NCBI GenBank assembly: GCA_964618765.1
Contig: CAZUDZ010000002.1
Location: 66,129-130,128, forward strand
Length of the DNA stretch: 64,000 bases
Origin: an uncultured Candidatus Saccharibacteria bacterium
GTDB lineage: Bacteria; Patescibacteriota; Dojkabacteria; SC72
Direction: 5' to 3'
Shown here: piece after piece, positions 28,472 through 39,404 of the stretch
Numbering within the stretch: the first letter of the stretch is position 1
How the letters are laid out: every line of letters starts with the position of its first letter
Notes under the pieces: model-generated
The model's database searches: none
What the model was told of the DNA's origin: nothing
The model's input: the letters and a program-made list of their open reading frames with translations, nothing else
Position numbers and translations under genes: made by a program

Positions 28472-30817
28472 ATGCTAGAAGATTCCAAAGTAGAGAGAAA
28501 AGAGAAATTTAATATTTCTCTTTATCAGAAAAGCTTATTCAAAGCTCTACTATTTCTTTTGCCATTAGCTATTTTCCCCTTTCCTTGGGATTGGACCGAA
28601 GCAGCTATGTCTTTGTTAATTCTCTCTATCTCAATGATTATCTTAGGTCTAGAGGTAATTAAACTCTTTTGGGATGGTAAGTTGACCATTTTAAAGAGTA
28701 CTATGGATATAGGATTTTTCCTCCTTTTATTATCCCTACTTCTTTCAACGATATTCTCCACTGATTTTTCTACAAGCATATGGGGTATAGATGGAAGGTT
28801 GGGTGGTGGTTTAATACTTTTCATATCCGTTCTCTTTGTTGCAATATCTTCTAGAACATTCATAGAGGGAGAGGAGGATGTTCATTCTTTGATAATGGCT
28901 TTTCTAATTGGCTTTTTTATAAATAACTTTTTAAGTTTACTCTCATTCTTTGGGGTTAATATCTGGGGTTTAATTCCTGCTTATCGTGATTTATACCAAG
29001 CAGGATTACCACTTTTAAGATCGTCAAAGATTCACTTGCTAATTAATTTTGTAAATATCATTGCATGTATAGGGATTATTGGTGAGTATTTAATAAACAG
29101 TAAGAGAAAATTAGAATACATTCTCTCTTTTCTGTTTGGGTTACTCTCCGTAATTAATATTTGGTTTTACTCCATTAATCAAAAAATCACCCTTACACTC
29201 TTTCTCTTGGTAGGTGTAGCTATTCTTTTGTTAATTGCTTTGAAAGGAATTAAGCTAGAGAAAGAAACTTCTAAACAAATATTTCTTTTCTCTTTAATAT
29301 GTGTTTTCTTAATAGCGATACCCGTTATCTTTCTACAGATACCTAGAGTAAGAGATGCTATTTTAACAAAGGAGTTTGAAATGATATCCGAAGTATCCCT
29401 AGGTTTTGATATCTCTTGGATAATAACGGGATCTGTAATAGTAAGCGGTTTTGTAGGAGGACTCCTAGGATTTGGTCCTGCAACTTACTCAATTGTATAC
29501 CATATGTTTAAGCCGTATGATCTTGGATTACTAATGCTAGGAGATGCAACTTTCCACACAGGTACAAATGAAGTCTTAACAAAAGTAGCAAGTGGAGGAC
29601 TGCTGTGGTTTCTCGTTTGGCTTTTCATAGGATATTTGATTGTAAAAAGCTTTGTTTCTGATCTTAAAATAGGAAAAGATTCCTTAAAAAAAGTAAATGG
29701 ATGGAGAATCTTGATAGTAGATGTAGTTATTTTAACAATATACCTTTCCTCTTTCCTGCTCTCCTACTCTGTCTTAGTAATTTTTCTTCTGTTACTATTT
29801 GTATCTTTAAGATCAGTGTTGATATATGACTTAAAGAAACTAACCAACGAGAAATTCATTCTCAAGTTCTGGGCATTAAATGTGTCATCAACTCCTCAAG
29901 TAGGAAGCTCTTTGTATAGTTTTAATATATTTCTAACAGTTCTTGTATCTATTATCACCCTGGGTCTTTTTGGGATGTGGACCTTTAAAGGGATTGGGAG
30001 TATACAGGCAGTAAGGGCAGAAGCCTATTTAGCAAGGGAAAACCAAAAGTACAATGTTAATACAGAATTAGTTCCTACTATAGAGGAAAGGGAGGAAGCA
30101 ATTTCTACATTAGATAAACTGTACACTTCTGCTTTAAGTTTTGACAGGAATAACCCTTTGTATAACAGGAAAAAGGCTCTAATGCTATTGGAGAAGATAG
30201 GTGTGGTTGCTGAACAGTTCTCTTCTGTTGATGAAGAAGATACGGAACAGGTAGATCAATTAGTCTCTGCTGTTACAGCATTAAAGAGTGAAGCTATAGA
30301 GTACTCACGGAAAAGTACAGATTTAGCTCCTTCTGTTTATGCCAATTGGTTAACCAGAACAACAATATATACAGGCTTGGTGGGAATAGGATTCAATGAG
30401 CATATTTCAGATGCACAATCTTCCTTAGAGAAAGCCATAACTTTAAATCCTTTAAATTACCAACTCTATTACAGTATGGCACAGGTATATATAGTCAAAG
30501 GTGATCAAGATAGTGCCTTGAAGCTACTAACAAAGGTTTTAGAGATAAACCCTCAGCACATTCCATCTATACTCCTTATCGCAGATTTAAACAAAGAGAA
30601 AGGAAATATGGATATTTATGTTTCCTATCTACAAGCGGCACAGCAAATTTTAGAGAAAGAGGAAGCTACGGATACTGAAATCTATGATGAAATAATTAAA
30701 ACCTTAGGGGAATTAGATCTTGAAGAATTGGGGTTAGATAAGGAACCAGATACTAATTTAGGAGATGAAAAAGAAATAGAATCAAAGCAGGAGAAGAAGA
30801 ATCTCATTACTGATTAG
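28472..30817 (+). CDS. Polytopic membrane protein, O-antigen ligase/polymerase (Wzy_C)-like, with C-terminal TPR repeats
   Basis: At least 10 predicted TM helices over about 520 aa, then soluble TPR-like repeats (YYSMAQVYIVKGDQDSALKLLTKVLEINP); 781 aa; the enzymatic family call is tentative. Confidence 0.45.
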   Translation: MLEDSKVERKEKFNISLYQKSLFKALLFLLPLAIFPFPWDWTEAAMSLLILSISMIILGLEVIKLFWDGKLTILKSTMDIGFFLLLLSLLLSTIFSTDFSTSIWGIDGRLGGGLILFISVLFVAISSRTFIEGEEDVHSLIMAFLIGFFINNFLSLLSFFGVNIWGLIPAYRDLYQAGLPLLRSSKIHLLINFVNIIACIGIIGEYLINSKRKLEYILSFLFGLLSVINIWFYSINQKITLTLFLLVGVAILLLIALKGIKLEKETSKQIFLFSLICVFLIAIPVIFLQIPRVRDAILTKEFEMISEVSLGFDISWIITGSVIVSGFVGGLLGFGPATYSIVYHMFKPYDLGLLMLGDATFHTGTNEVLTKVASGGLLWFLVWLFIGYLIVKSFVSDLKIGKDSLKKVNGWRILIVDVVILTIYLSSFLLSYSVLVIFLLLLFVSLRSVLIYDLKKLTNEKFILKFWALNVSSTPQVGSSLYSFNIFLTVLVSIITLGLFGMWTFKGIGSIQAVRAEAYLARENQKYNVNTELVPTIEEREEAISTLDKLYTSALSFDRNNPLYNRKKALMLLEKIGVVAEQFSSVDEEDTEQVDQLVSAVTALKSEAIEYSRKSTDLAPSVYANWLTRTTIYTGLVGIGFNEHISDAQSSLEKAITLNPLNYQLYYSMAQVYIVKGDQDSALKLLTKVLEINPQHIPSILLIADLNKEKGNMDIYVSYLQAAQQILEKEEATDTEIYDEIIKTLGELDLEELGLDKEPDTNLGDEKEIESKQEKKNLITD

Positions 30818-31535
30818 TTTGTTTCAAATAGTATGCTCTTCCTCTGAACATACAGGCTGCATTAACTATTAAGTCTTCTCCCCAAAATTTTTTTAAACAG
30901 AAACAAATACTTTCTAAGGTAGATCCAGTTGTAATTACATCATCGATGATAGTGATACTTCTATATGAAGATATATTAAAATTACTATTAACAATAAAAT
31001 CTTTGTATGAGAGAGCCTTCCTTTCATCTTTGTCTTTTAAAGATTGATGCCCATAACTATTTCTTCGCTTTAAAATGTCTTCTGAAAACGGGATATTTAA
31101 TCTGTTAGCAAGAGTTTTTGAAACCCCTAATGTTTGATTAAATCCCCTTTCCCTCAGTCTGTTTAAAGAAATCGGCACGTTAGTTAAAATACTACCTTCT
31201 AAAACTGATGGGAAGGAAGAGTTCGAGATGTTCTCAATGAAAAACTCAGAAAGGGTGTCTGCAAGATCGTATACATAATTGTATTTATATCTCTTTAATA
31301 GATCTGCTGTAAGAGAATTATATTCCCAACACACAAAGACATGATCTAAAGCAGAGATTTTCTTTAATTCTTTATACTCCTTATGTGTTGTGTAATTTGA
31401 AGAGAGTCTTCTACAGCCGTAGCATTCGGGAAGAGTTCTTTTGAAAAGCTTTTTACACCTTTCACACAGGTAGCTTCCCTTTCTAGAGCATATGCTACAA
31501 GTTTTGGGGAAAACAATATCTAGGATATTTTGCAT
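30807..31535 (-). CDS. comF: ComF family protein (double zinc ribbon plus phosphoribosyltransferase domain)
   Basis: N-terminal CSICSRKGSYLCERCKK...CYGC; PRTase motif ITIIDDVITTGSTL. Confidence 0.7.
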   Translation of the reverse strand: MQNILDIVFPKTCSICSRKGSYLCERCKKLFKRTLPECYGCRRLSSNYTTHKEYKELKKISALDHVFVCWEYNSLTADLLKRYKYNYVYDLADTLSEFFIENISNSSFPSVLEGSILTNVPISLNRLRERGFNQTLGVSKTLANRLNIPFSEDILKRRNSYGHQSLKDKDERKALSYKDFIVNSNFNISSYRSITIIDDVITTGSTLESICFCLKKFWGEDLIVNAACMFRGRAYYLKQTNQ

Positions 31536-31575
31536 ATTTCTTCATTATTACACCCTGTTATTAAATCAAGATTAA

Positions 31576-31604
31576 TTGATAAAAAGTACAGTTTAAATTA
31601 TCAT
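31576..31604 (+). promoter_or_regulatory. Candidate sigma70 promoter for murJ: TTGATA-17-TATCAT
   Basis: Hexamers with 17-nt spacing about 30 nt upstream of the murJ ATG in the comF/murJ divergent region. Confidence 0.3.
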
Positions 31605-31632
31605 ATATTCGCATAACCAACATATATGAAAT

Positions 31633-33432
31633 ATGTCGAAAATTTTGAAACAAAAAAATAGTATTCACTTTGTAATGCTTCTTCTTTTAATTACTAAGAT
31701 ACTTGGTTTCCTTAAATTAAGAACTATTGCACAGTTATTTGGTGTTTCCCATGAGCTAGATATCTTTTGGGCTGCATTTACAATCCCAGATATGCTTTTT
31801 ATGCTTTTGGTTGCTGGGTCAATAAATGCAGCTATAATTCCAACACTCTCGGAAATTCTTCATAAAGAAGGAGAGGACTCCTTAAACAAATTTTTCAACT
31901 ATTTAACAATAATAATCTCTATTAGTTTTGTAGTTATTGCAACAGTTCTCTTCATTTTTACACCTCAACTTACAACACTATTAATAGAATCTGATTTTCT
32001 TCAAAATGTTCTAAAATTTGGAGATAGAATAGGACCAGAAGATTTTGACCAATTCGTTTCCTTAACAAGGATAATGATGATCTCTCCAATTCTTTTAGGA
32101 GTAAGTAGCCTTTTAACAGGATACCTACAAGTTAGAAAACAATTCTTTGTTACTTCACTAGCTCCTCTCTTTTACAATATGGCGATGATTTTAGGATCAA
32201 TAATTTTGGTCTCTGTATTTGGTATGGGGGTGGAAGGGATTGCGATTTCAGCTGTAGTAGGGTCTTTACTTCACCTGTTAGTACAGATCCCTGAATTTAA
32301 GAAATATTTTAGGAATCGTGTAAAGAAAGAATCTCAACCTTTCAAAGAGAAATTTTTGCGCAGTAAAGTAATTCAAACTGTAAAACTTGCTATTCCTAGG
32401 ACTATTTCGATTCTAGGAGAGGAGATGAATACAGTAATTAATACACTGATTAGTTTCTCCCTGGCTGTAGGAGCCCTTAGTGCTTACAAATTTGCAGTAA
32501 GTTTACATCTTTTCCCAATAAATATCATAGGCAGTGCTATAGCACAAGTAGCGCTACCTGACTTAGCTGAGAACTGTGAAAATGAAAAAGAGTACTGCAG
32601 AGTTTTAAATAAATCCATACAAACAGCTCTCTTCTTGGTATTCCCAATAGTTGCTATTCTAATAGTTTTGAGACTCCCCATAGTTAGGTTAGCGTACGGA
32701 ACAGGTGCTTTCGACTGGAGGGCAACAATTTTAACGGCTTGGTGTCTTGTACTTCTTAGTATCTCTGTTATCGGACAAACGGTAGTACAGATTCTTTTAA
32801 GAGCATTCTATGCTCTTAAGGAGACTTGGTTACCTTTGCTTGCCATAACGGTAGGAATAATTGTGAATATACTGTTAGCTTTACTTCTTACCAACTTCTT
32901 TAGCCACTATTACGATTGGAGACCAATAGTAGAACAAATGTTCCTGCAGATTACCGAGGCAAATGGCAAAGAATTCATAAATGTATTCATGTCTTTTCTA
33001 GGAGATATTGTCAGATGGTCAACGAAGAGGGGGGATTCTGATTTTGCTGTAGGAGGTCTCTCATTAAGTTTAAGTATCTCATATTTGGTAGAGATGGTAG
33101 TCTTAGTACTGTTGCTTAATCTTAAAAGTAAAGTCCTAACATGGAAGAAATCTGTTTATCCTACTTTCAAAAAAGCTCTCAACACTGTACTAATGTGTAT
33201 AGGGATGTATTTTGTCTTCAAATTATTTGATTTCCAGTTAGATACTACTAGGACACTCTCTATTGTGATCTTAACAGTAGTAACTTCTCTGTATGGACTC
33301 CTCTCATATTGGTTAGGTGCCAAGGTCTTCAGGATTAAGGAGATAGGGGTTATCGATGAAATTCTAACTGATATTGGTAATAACTTGTTTAGGAGGAATG
33401 GAAAAAATGGGCAAAGTGCAAAAAACTTTTAA
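31633..33432 (+). CDS. murJ: Lipid II flippase MurJ (MviN family)
   Basis: ATG start; N-terminal GFLKLRTIAQLFGVSHELDIFWAAFTIPDMLFMLL typical of MurJ; about 14 TM helices; 599 aa. Confidence 0.8.
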   Translation: MSKILKQKNSIHFVMLLLLITKILGFLKLRTIAQLFGVSHELDIFWAAFTIPDMLFMLLVAGSINAAIIPTLSEILHKEGEDSLNKFFNYLTIIISISFVVIATVLFIFTPQLTTLLIESDFLQNVLKFGDRIGPEDFDQFVSLTRIMMISPILLGVSSLLTGYLQVRKQFFVTSLAPLFYNMAMILGSIILVSVFGMGVEGIAISAVVGSLLHLLVQIPEFKKYFRNRVKKESQPFKEKFLRSKVIQTVKLAIPRTISILGEEMNTVINTLISFSLAVGALSAYKFAVSLHLFPINIIGSAIAQVALPDLAENCENEKEYCRVLNKSIQTALFLVFPIVAILIVLRLPIVRLAYGTGAFDWRATILTAWCLVLLSISVIGQTVVQILLRAFYALKETWLPLLAITVGIIVNILLALLLTNFFSHYYDWRPIVEQMFLQITEANGKEFINVFMSFLGDIVRWSTKRGDSDFAVGGLSLSLSISYLVEMVVLVLLLNLKSKVLTWKKSVYPTFKKALNTVLMCIGMYFVFKLFDFQLDTTRTLSIVILTVVTSLYGLLSYWLGAKVFRIKEIGVIDEILTDIGNNLFRRNGKNGQSAKNF

Positions 33433-34057
33433 AATTTTCCTCCTCTTTCTTTCTATTTTAATTATATTACTTTTCGTCTTTTTTATTACTCTTTCAAGAA
33501 AATATAGTAGATGGGAGGACAATATTTTAAAATCGAGTTCTGCACTAGTCTGTTTAGATGATATTTATACAGAGAAGAATATGGCTGAGATAGAGAGTGA
33601 AATAGAGCAGAAGGTAGAAAAATTTATCCTCTCGGATAGTAGAACTGATTTTGTTGTTTTAGATCAACAGGAAGTTTTACATATTTTAGCTAACAATATT
33701 CAGGAACAGCCATATTTTGATTTGCAAAATATCTGCTTATCTTCCTCAGTTGGTCTTTGGCATATATATACGAGGTATGATATCCGACCTCTCTCTTCTA
33801 AGAAAGTGATTTTCTCCTCCCTATGGATTGTTATGGATATTGTGAAGGATAATAGGGAGACACCTGAAATATATGTTAAGGAAATAAGGGTTGGGGATAT
33901 TAAGCTTCCTGAGATATTCACCAAAAACATTATTGTAGAAATAAACAAGGGGATGACAGATGCCACAATTCTGCTTAATGAGAATAGATTCTTGGGTAGG
34001 AGGATAGAGAATATAGAATTGCTTGAGGGGAAAGTAGTTTTTAAGGGGACAATATAA
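33407..34057 (+). CDS. Hypothetical membrane-anchored protein (start moved to ATG 33407, preceded by AGGAGG at 33391-33396)
   Basis: The listed ORF begins at a TTG inside murJ; an in-frame ATG lies 10 nt after the SD; N-terminal TM FKIFLLFLSILIILLFVFFITL. Confidence 0.4.
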   Translation: MGKVQKTFKIFLLFLSILIILLFVFFITLSRKYSRWEDNILKSSSALVCLDDIYTEKNMAEIESEIEQKVEKFILSDSRTDFVVLDQQEVLHILANNIQEQPYFDLQNICLSSSVGLWHIYTRYDIRPLSSKKVIFSSLWIVMDIVKDNRETPEIYVKEIRVGDIKLPEIFTKNIIVEINKGMTDATILLNENRFLGRRIENIELLEGKVVFKGTI

Positions 34058-34092
34058 TATTTCTCTTGTAGATAGGTCTTTTCACATTGTAC

Positions 34093-34122
34093 TTGAATAA
34101 TCCTTGTTTTGTGTGATACAAT
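34093..34122 (+). promoter_or_regulatory. Candidate sigma70 promoter for groES-groEL: TTGAAT (34093-34098), 18-nt spacer, TACAAT (34117-34122)
   Basis: Hexamer matches immediately upstream of the second CIRCE-like element. Confidence 0.4.
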
Positions 34123-34125
34123 TCT

Positions 34126-34152
34126 TTGGCAATCATTAAATTAATCTGCTAA
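34126..34152 (+). promoter_or_regulatory. CIRCE-like HrcA operator (divergent): TTGGCAATC-N9-ATCTGCTAA
   Basis: Same 27-nt 9-N9-9 architecture and outer arms (TTGGCA/TGCTAA) as the element upstream of hrcA; ends 7 nt before the groES ATG. Confidence 0.5.
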
Positions 34153-34158
34153 AACAGT

Positions 34159-34458
34159 ATGGCTAAAAGTATAAAAATTCAACCTTTAGGTAAAAGAGTT
34201 CTAGTAAAACCTGATGAGATAGAAGAAACTACATCGGGAGGTTTAGTTTTACCACCTAGTGCAAGTGAAGATCAAAAACCAGAAACAGGTATTATTACTA
34301 AACTTGGGAAAGGCAAAGAAGATGGAAAGGACATATCTTTTGAAGTTTCTGTGGGTGACCGAGTCTACTTTAAGAAATACTCTCCTGATGAAATATTAAT
34401 AAAGGAAGAGAAGTATTTCCTTCTAAATGAGGAGGATATTCTTGCAGTTATTAAGTAA
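34159..34458 (+). CDS. groES: Co-chaperonin GroES
   Basis: IQPLGKRVLVKP...GGLVLP signature; 99 aa. Confidence 0.95.
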   Translation: MAKSIKIQPLGKRVLVKPDEIEETTSGGLVLPPSASEDQKPETGIITKLGKGKEDGKDISFEVSVGDRVYFKKYSPDEILIKEEKYFLLNEEDILAVIK

Positions 34459-34477
34459 AGGGAGATATATAAAATAG

Positions 34478-36133
<1,656 letters not shown>

Positions 36134-36149
36134 AATCCTTAGTAATCTA

Positions 36150-36184
36150 AAAATAAAAAGGGGGCTGAAACAGCCTCCTTTTTA
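36150..36184. terminator. Bidirectional rho-independent terminator between convergent groEL and the XRE/S24 repressor gene (A-tract, stem AGGGGGCTG / CAGCCTCCT, T-tract)
   Basis: 9-bp stem with one G-U pair and a 3-nt loop, flanked by AAAATAAAAA upstream and TTTT downstream, so it is usable on both strands. Confidence 0.6.
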
Positions 36185-36210
36185 TATATATCTTCTTGTT
36201 ATCAATTCTT

Positions 36211-36759
36211 TTATACAAATCTTAATTCCTGTGCTAATACTCTCCCAATAATATCCTGTTGTTTTGAATTGAACCTTTTTTCTACGATTAATCCATCATT
36301 ATATCTCTTTAATACCAATTCGTTACTCTCAGTAGCGACTCCTAGTTTTGGAGAAATGAAGAGATAGCCTTTATCATTAAGAGAACCGTCTTTAATATCT
36401 ATCAAAGAGCTATCTATTACGAAACATTCGAAGTCCTTATCCAATACCCAATCAGGAGCAGTATAATACTCAAAAACTTGGGCATTCACAAAATCCATAT
36501 CCTCAGGAATCTCTTTGAATAGTGGAACTCTATTTAAGACATACTGCTTGTTTTCTTTGGGATTTTTTAAAAGATCAGAGGAGCTAATATTTAGAGCATC
36601 AGCTAGTGAGTCTATCTGTTTAAAGGGAGAACTCATCCCTCTTTCATATCTAGAAATCATTTCCCAACTTTTCCCTATTTTCTCTGCAAGGTCTTTCTGT
36701 GTCATGCTCTTTCTCTCCCTGTATATTCTAATGTTTTCGCCAATGTAATTTTTGTTCAT
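36211..36759 (-). CDS. XRE-family HTH repressor with C-terminal S24 (LexA/CI-like) autopeptidase domain
   Basis: N-terminal HTH (RIYRERKSMTQKDLAEKIGKSWEMISRYERG); C-terminal CFVIDSSLIDIKDGSL...LVLKRY aligns with LexA VKGDSMID...VTVKRL, conserving the Ser and Lys positions of the catalytic dyad. Confidence 0.6.
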   Translation of the reverse strand: MNKNYIGENIRIYRERKSMTQKDLAEKIGKSWEMISRYERGMSSPFKQIDSLADALNISSSDLLKNPKENKQYVLNRVPLFKEIPEDMDFVNAQVFEYYTAPDWVLDKDFECFVIDSSLIDIKDGSLNDKGYLFISPKLGVATESNELVLKRYNDGLIVEKRFNSKQQDIIGRVLAQELRFV

Positions 36760-36785
36760 ATATATAGATTCTAATTACATATTAC

Positions 36786-36799
36786 CTATTCTGGAATAG
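36786..36799. promoter_or_regulatory. Perfect palindrome CTATTC-TG-GAATAG upstream of the XRE/S24 repressor gene (candidate operator)
   Basis: 14-bp dyad 27-40 nt upstream of the repressor ATG, in the 116-nt region between the repressor gene and a divergent small ORF. Confidence 0.3.
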
Positions 36800-37037
36800 A
36801 AGAAGATTATATAAATAAGAAAAGAAGTTTCTTGTTTGACAGGAAGTTGTAAGAATTTTAATTTAAGATATCTCTATGCAAGGAAATATTAAGGAGAAAC
36901 TCCAAATTAAACTTGTTTCTGAACAAGTTATTATTAAGGCTCAAAAGATCTTGGATAAATTAATAACCAGAGAAGAATTTATAACAAAGGAAGAGATACT
37001 CTCTTTGAAGAAAGAGATTAAAAGAATGAAGAAGCTT

Positions 37038-37505
37038 TTAAGAGGATATAATATCTAACCAATTTTCCTTAAGCCATATATCAGCTTTTTCCTGTTCTTT
37101 AAGTAATTCTCTTTTCTGTAACTCTTTTCTTATTATATTTCCTTGGTGAGGCTTATCAAATTGTTTTTGTAGGGGGGAACTAAATCCGTGAGCGTAATGA
37201 CATAGTTCGTGGGCTATTGTAGCTTTTACAACAAACTTTGGAACTATGTCATACTGAAAGTATCTAGTTACTGTTATAACAGTAATACTTTTGTCATCCT
37301 GTACGTAGTAATCACTTTTTTTCTTTTTTAATATCCCCTTTATCTTGGTGCTCTTATTCGCTACCGTAATACTTCCAAGCTGTCGTTTGGAATATCTCCC
37401 ATATTTAATTATGACAAGATTTTTCCTAGGGATATCGCAGAAATGATTCTCCCATATTTCATACAGCAAATTTTCTAAAAATTCTACGCTTCTTGTTTTA
37501 CTCAT
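37038..37505 (-). CDS. SprT-like zinc metallopeptidase (HExxH)
   Basis: ATIAHELCHYAHGF contains an HExxH zinc-binding motif with a nearby third His, in the SprT/Wss1-like arrangement; 155 aa. Confidence 0.5.
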   Translation of the reverse strand: MSKTRSVEFLENLLYEIWENHFCDIPRKNLVIIKYGRYSKRQLGSITVANKSTKIKGILKKKKSDYYVQDDKSITVITVTRYFQYDIVPKFVVKATIAHELCHYAHGFSSPLQKQFDKPHQGNIIRKELQKRELLKEQEKADIWLKENWLDIISS

Positions 37506-37530
37506 CTTTTAAGCATGCTATCATATTTTA

Positions 37531-39339
37531 ATGATTGTACAAAAATTGAAACGAAAAATCTCTTCCTTGGGAAAAGCTCTAAAGTTCATATATTCTAAAT
37601 ACCCCTTTCCTGCTATATTTAGAGACATACTTTTCGTACTATCTACTGTAGCAGAAATATATGAAATTGCTGTGTTAGGAAAATTTATAGATGAGACAAC
37701 AAACATTCTGCTTAATTGGAAATCATTTGATTTTAGTAAGTATCTTTCAACTGATTCTTTCTACTATCTTTTGTTGATATTGCTTCTTTGGATTGTTATC
37801 CAGATATGTATTAGAACAAGGGAGTACATGTTCCAAGTTATAAGCGAAAAGGTGTGGGAGGATTCTCATCATATGATTTTAGATAAGGTTTCAGGAGCTA
37901 ATCTAGAGGATATAGAGACAGAAGATTTTCAAGATATGTTAACTTTTGCACCTGCATTTTCAATTGGGAGAATAACCTCGGTATATGAGAACTTTTCATC
38001 TGTACTGAGTAACAGTATTAGATTAATAAGTGCTGGAGCTATTCTTTTTAGAACGATGGGTTGGAGTGTCTTGCTGCTTTTACTTTTTGTACTTCCGGAA
38101 ACAGTAGTTGTGCATATTAGAAGGAAGAGGCTTTGGGTGTACAGAGAAAAGGAGATTGGTAAAATCAAATTTCTCAACTATGTTCAAAATCTAGGACTGT
38201 CAATAGCTAATTTTGTAGAACTGAGAGTTAATAATATATATTCATACCTTAAGAGAAGGTATAAAGAGGAGTATGATGAATATGTAGATGGACTATTAAA
38301 GAAAGAGGGAGATTTCTCTAGAGATAAAGCTACCTATTCCATCATGGGTCAGGTTATGAAGTTCTCGTATGTCATATATATGCTTTCTGTTTCCATCGTA
38401 AAAGGTTTGTCCTTTGGTACCTTTAAAGCCCTCTATGACTATGTAGATGTTGTATACACCAGTATCTTTAGAGTAATAGATTCTTTCTCCTTAATGTCAA
38501 TTAATTTGGAATACATAGGAGAGTTCTTTAACTTAATAGAATACAAAGGTTTTGGAGATTATGAACATGGAGATATTAAATTAAAGGAAGGAACTTCTGC
38601 ATTAGAATTCAAAAACTTGGACTTTGCATATCCTGATGATCCAAAAACCAAAGTTCTAAAAAAATTAAATCTTGAAGTTAAACCCGGAGAGAAAGTGGCC
38701 TTTTTTGGGGGAGATGGTTCTGGGAAGAGTACAGCCGTAAAAATATTAACAGGCTTGTATAGAGTAAAAGAGGGAAATTACTTCATAGATGGCCATGATA
38801 TTCAAGAATTAGATAGAAGACAGTTAAAGAAGAAACTTTCTGTAATATTTCAAGATTTCATAGATTATCACTTTAGCCTCATGGAGAATGTAGTGATTTC
38901 TGGAGTTAGGAAGAATATAGATAGGAAGCTGTATGATGAGGTTAGTAAAATAGCCCATGTGGGGAAATTTAAAAAGCAGATTAATCTAAAAGACAGTAGT
39001 ATTTTAGGAAAGACTTTTCCTGCAGGTAAAGATCTCTCTCCTGGATATTGGCAGAGGCTCTCGATAGCAAGAATGCTTTACAGAAATAGAAACATCTTTG
39101 TAATGGATGAACCGTTTACCTTCATAGATGACATTTCAGCAAAGGATATTCTTGAGGGTATGTTTGATTTTGTAGGAGATGACAGATCCATAATATACAT
39201 TACTAGAAGTGTTAATCTGTTGGAGGAGTTTGATAGAATCTACTATTTTGATAAAGGAAAGATCATTGAATCTGGATCTTGGGATGAGCTAATAAAAAAG
39301 AAGGGAGAACTGTATAAGCAAACACATAACCGTAACTAA
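37531..39339 (+). CDS. ABC transporter, fused permease (N-terminal TMD) and ATP-binding domain, exporter type
   Basis: Walker A GGDGSGKST; signature-like LSPGYWQRLSIARML; Walker B IFVMDEPFTFID; N-terminal six-TM region; 602 aa. Confidence 0.8.
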   Translation: MIVQKLKRKISSLGKALKFIYSKYPFPAIFRDILFVLSTVAEIYEIAVLGKFIDETTNILLNWKSFDFSKYLSTDSFYYLLLILLLWIVIQICIRTREYMFQVISEKVWEDSHHMILDKVSGANLEDIETEDFQDMLTFAPAFSIGRITSVYENFSSVLSNSIRLISAGAILFRTMGWSVLLLLLFVLPETVVVHIRRKRLWVYREKEIGKIKFLNYVQNLGLSIANFVELRVNNIYSYLKRRYKEEYDEYVDGLLKKEGDFSRDKATYSIMGQVMKFSYVIYMLSVSIVKGLSFGTFKALYDYVDVVYTSIFRVIDSFSLMSINLEYIGEFFNLIEYKGFGDYEHGDIKLKEGTSALEFKNLDFAYPDDPKTKVLKKLNLEVKPGEKVAFFGGDGSGKSTAVKILTGLYRVKEGNYFIDGHDIQELDRRQLKKKLSVIFQDFIDYHFSLMENVVISGVRKNIDRKLYDEVSKIAHVGKFKKQINLKDSSILGKTFPAGKDLSPGYWQRLSIARMLYRNRNIFVMDEPFTFIDDISAKDILEGMFDFVGDDRSIIYITRSVNLLEEFDRIYYFDKGKIIESGSWDELIKKKGELYKQTHNRN

Positions 39340-39404
39340 AATATTCTTAATATCCCCTCTCTAACCTGTAATTTTACTTAATAGAATGGTAAAATAGCGC
39401 ACAT

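Noticed and set aside
36876-37058. 60-aa coiled-coil ORF divergent from the XRE/S24 repressor gene and overlapping the 3' end of the SprT-like gene
   Set aside because: It has an ATG start and a plausible divergent position (cro-like?), but no HTH or other motif, a 21-nt antisense overlap with the SprT-like gene, and a K/E-rich composition that can arise by chance in AT-rich DNA. Kept out of the feature list; low confidence.
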